64,000 nucleotides of DNA from Acidobacteriota bacterium. Lineage in GTDB: Bacteria > Acidobacteriota > UBA6911. The notes under the pieces are model-generated. The model searched no databases, had not been told where the DNA came from, and worked only from the letters and a program-made list of their open reading frames with translations. The translations under genes were made by a program, and so were the position numbers. Positions 61,761-64,000 of the stretch are shown one piece after another (the stretch's first letter is position 1; every line of letters starts with the position of its first letter). The stretch lies in assembly GCA_050011535.1 (NCBI GenBank), contig JBEKIX010000004.1, forward strand, positions 19,995 to 83,994, read 5' to 3'.

Positions 61761-62318
61761 ATGGAAACGGACCAGCCGATTCTGGAAGAAACCGCGCGGC
61801 GGGAACTGCTGGCGCTGTCACGTGCCACACTCGAAGGCTATCTGGCAACCGATCGAATCCCTGAATGGGACGTAGTGCACCCCGAGCTGCGACGGCGCAG
61901 CGGCGCTTTCGTCTCCTTGCACAAAGGGGAAGAGTTGAGAGGCTGCATCGGCATGCTTTCGGAGGACCATGAGCTGTTCCGGACTGTCCAACGCTGCACG
62001 ATAAGCGCTGCTTTGGAGGACAGCCGTTTTCGCCCTGTTACGCCCGAGGAGGTCCCTGAACTCAGCATCGAAATCTCGGTGCTTTCGCCGCTGCGGCGTG
62101 TAACCGACGTAGGCCTCATCGAAGTGGACAAACACGGGCTGGTTATCACGCTCGGAAACCTGCGCGGTCTCCTGCTGCCGCAGGTGGCCACAAAATACCA
62201 TTGGGATCGTGATACCTTTCTCGCGCAGACCTGCCGCAAGGCGGGACTGCCAAGCAATGCCTGGCGTGATCCGAAGGTTGTCATCCAGATTTTTGAAGCG
62301 CAAGTCTTTTCGGAATGA
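61761..62318 (+). CDS. AMMECR1-domain protein (AmmeMemoRadiSam system protein A)
   Basis: Conserved LRGCIG motif (EELRGCIGMLSEDHEL) and the C-terminal LLLPQV core of AMMECR1. Start set at M20 (METDQ...). Confidence 0.8.
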   Translation: METDQPILEETARRELLALSRATLEGYLATDRIPEWDVVHPELRRRSGAFVSLHKGEELRGCIGMLSEDHELFRTVQRCTISAALEDSRFRPVTPEEVPELSIEISVLSPLRRVTDVGLIEVDKHGLVITLGNLRGLLLPQVATKYHWDRDTFLAQTCRKAGLPSNAWRDPKVVIQIFEAQVFSE

Positions 62319-62604
62319 CCTCGAAAATCCCCTCCTCTAAGAGGATCTGCCGCACGCGGGTGCAAGTTTCAGATTGGCTGTTTGCGCGGCGCGCCAGGTA
62401 GCGTAGATTCTCTCCGTGTAAGTCTATTCTCCGCTACGATCCTTGCCGATACGAGAGAGGGATGGGCGTGCAGGTGTGCATGCCTCGCGAGGAATCTTAA
62501 TAGCGCTGGAGCTTCTCGTGCCTTCGTTCTCTGCCATACAGGGTCGTGTTGTGAGGCGCTCGAAGGAGCGGGAACCTCAATCCCGCGCTGTCAAAACGAG
62601 CCAA

Positions 62605-63306
62605 ATGCCTATGAAGTGCCTGGATTCAATAATAGAAACCAAGTGCATACGTGTCGTGCTCATTGACGATCAACAGCTCTTCAGGACGGGCATCAAGTCG
62701 TTGATCGGGAACGACAATGGCATCAGGGTGGTGGGCGAGGCCGGAAGTCCCACGGAGGCTCTGGCGGCAGTCAAACACGAGCAACCCGACGTAATCCTCC
62801 TCGATCATACGCTCCGCGGCGAATGTGGGCTCGACCTCCTGCCCGTCCTGCTGGCGGCGGCTGAAAACGCAAAGATCCTGGTCCTCACCGAAACGCGCGA
62901 CGCGGAAACTCATCGCAAGGCTGTACGTCTGGGCGCGAAGGGGCTGGTGTCCAAGGACTCTTCCTTTGCGGCGCTTGCCAAAGCAATCGAGAGGGTACAC
63001 GCCGGCGAGGTGTGGTTGGATCGCTCCATGACGGCCGACGTGCTCGAGGATTTGACACGCAGGAAAGAGACGCAGAAACTCAATCCCGAAGAGGCTAAAA
63101 TCGTCACGCTCACCGACCGCGAGCGCGAGGTGATCACATCTGTCGGTGAAGGGCTGAAAAACAAGCAGATCGGCGAACGGCTGTTCATCAGTGACGTGAC
63201 CGTGCACCATCACCTGACTTCGATTTACAGCAAGCTTGAGGTCTCGGATCGGCTGGAACTCGTGATTTACGCATACCGCCACGGGCTGGTCCCGATTCCG
63301 CGTTGA
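62605..63306 (+). CDS. Two-component response regulator, NarL/FixJ (LuxR-type HTH) family, orphan
   Basis: Receiver domain (VVLIDDQQ acidic pocket, DVILLDHTL phospho-Asp, KILVLTE, K in KGLVSKD) and a C-terminal LuxR HTH (LTDREREVITSVGEGLKNKQIGERLFISDVTVHHHLTSIYSKLEV). Confidence 0.8.
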   Translation: MPMKCLDSIIETKCIRVVLIDDQQLFRTGIKSLIGNDNGIRVVGEAGSPTEALAAVKHEQPDVILLDHTLRGECGLDLLPVLLAAAENAKILVLTETRDAETHRKAVRLGAKGLVSKDSSFAALAKAIERVHAGEVWLDRSMTADVLEDLTRRKETQKLNPEEAKIVTLTDREREVITSVGEGLKNKQIGERLFISDVTVHHHLTSIYSKLEVSDRLELVIYAYRHGLVPIPR

Positions 63307-63340
63307 TCTTGCGGTGAATCCGCCCGATGAACCGGCAACT

Positions 63341-63652
63341 TCAGAGAAAGCGGTGCCGGGTTAGACTGACCGCGAATCCCTTGAGACCGTCGCCCTGAGC
63401 TTCAACCCGAACGATCTCGGCCCGCGCGACAAACACGGGGGCCGGCACGGTCGGGCTGGGCGCCAGCGAGAGCTTCACCACCATCACGATGCGCTTCCAT
63501 TCGCGGATGTCCTCGGAGAGCCGCACATAGAGCCCGCGCGCGCAGAGATTTTCCAGATGGGCCTCACATTCCAGGCGCTCACCTGAAGTGGCGACTCCCA
63601 CGATCCTCACGGGGAAGGGTGCGAGCAGGCGAGCGGTGCCCCTGCGTTCCAT
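63341..63652 (-). CDS. PilZ-domain-like small protein (c-di-GMP-binding candidate)
   Basis: An RRGTAR motif (RxxxR-like) near the N-terminus and a downstream D/N-x-S-x-x-G-like element (ENLCARGLYV). Confidence 0.4.
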   Translation of the reverse strand: MERRGTARLLAPFPVRIVGVATSGERLECEAHLENLCARGLYVRLSEDIREWKRIVMVVKLSLAPSPTVPAPVFVARAEIVRVEAQGDGLKGFAVSLTRHRFL

Positions 63653-64000
63653 GCTTCCGTACTGGTTGCCTTTATCGCCGTCAGCGGTCGCGCCCCGATC
63701 TTCCATTGGAACCTCCCAACATATCCTATCTTACGCAAGCCGTATGACCCCTTGCCTCTACCAGCCATCCGGCCGAACGGGTAACCATAAGGTACACGGA
63801 TCTAACTTCCTGCGCATCGTCTGAGCCGACCAATCTCCATGGCCTGGCATGCCCATGTTCGACCGGACTGAATGGCTTAGTTGAGCCATTTGGGACAGCA
63901 ATCCCAATGGGCCAGCGAGATCTTCAAGATCTGATCTGCGGTGTTTGAGGGCACGATTGCTGCCCCGCAGCAAAGCAGGCCCGCCGAAACTAAATGCCGA

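Overview
This 64-kb window is high-GC bacterial chromosome with mostly minus- and plus-strand housekeeping operons. The combination of BNR/sortilin-like, NHL-repeat, TMTC-like TPR and tandem TIGR03067-like proteins with a strong GC-rich codon bias suggests an Acidobacteriota-like soil bacterium, but this is inference only.

Housekeeping backbone, in order:
- a 5'-truncated BNR/Asp-box sortilin-like protein
- an MdtABC-like RND efflux operon (lipoprotein adaptor plus two tandem paralogous RND permeases), then an M19 membrane dipeptidase
- a radical-SAM protein, a GGDEF diguanylate cyclase and a TMTC-like transmembrane-plus-TPR protein
- rpiB
- an orphan fused alpha/beta 2-oxoacid dehydrogenase E1
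- a DsbA-like thioredoxin-fold protein
- a large (686 aa) radical-SAM protein with extra cysteine-rich regions
- a CBS-pair protein
- a complete aceE-aceF-lpd pyruvate dehydrogenase operon
- a tandem TIGR03067-like protein
- an RsbW/RsbV-type partner-switching pair
- the conserved uppS-cdsA-dxr-rseP block
- truA, yebC-ruvC and a Memo-like protein (AmmeMemoRadiSam protein B)

A small accessory islet follows:
- two ~93 % identical copies of a PIN-domain gene plus an 8-nt-overlapping 69-aa ORF; one PIN copy has an in-frame internal deletion
- between the copies, a HigA-like HTH gene and a small membrane ORF
- a secreted NHL-repeat protein, a HEPN-motif hypothetical protein and an AT-rich boundary

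Then:
- a co-directional HDAC-family / nuoF / grpE cluster, then htpX and hsp20
- a second co-directional run of ileS-lspA-lolA-suhB-yqeY-uvrC
- an NDP-sugar pyrophosphorylase, an S2P-CBS protease, a tandem UspA and pgsA
- an AMMECR1 protein (AmmeMemoRadiSam protein A)
- an orphan LuxR-type response regulator and a PilZ-like protein

Noncoding items: a long inverted repeat upstream of ileS; a heptamer-built palindromic element between convergent uvrC and the nucleotidyltransferase gene; and a ~690-bp structured noncoding region upstream of rsbW.

No rRNA or CRISPR was seen. I could not confidently find a tRNA by eye, so a tRNA scan is needed.

The three most interesting candidates are the duplicated PIN / small-ORF / HigA-like module, the Tes-like large radical-SAM enzyme, and the HEPN-motif orphan next to an AT-rich boundary.
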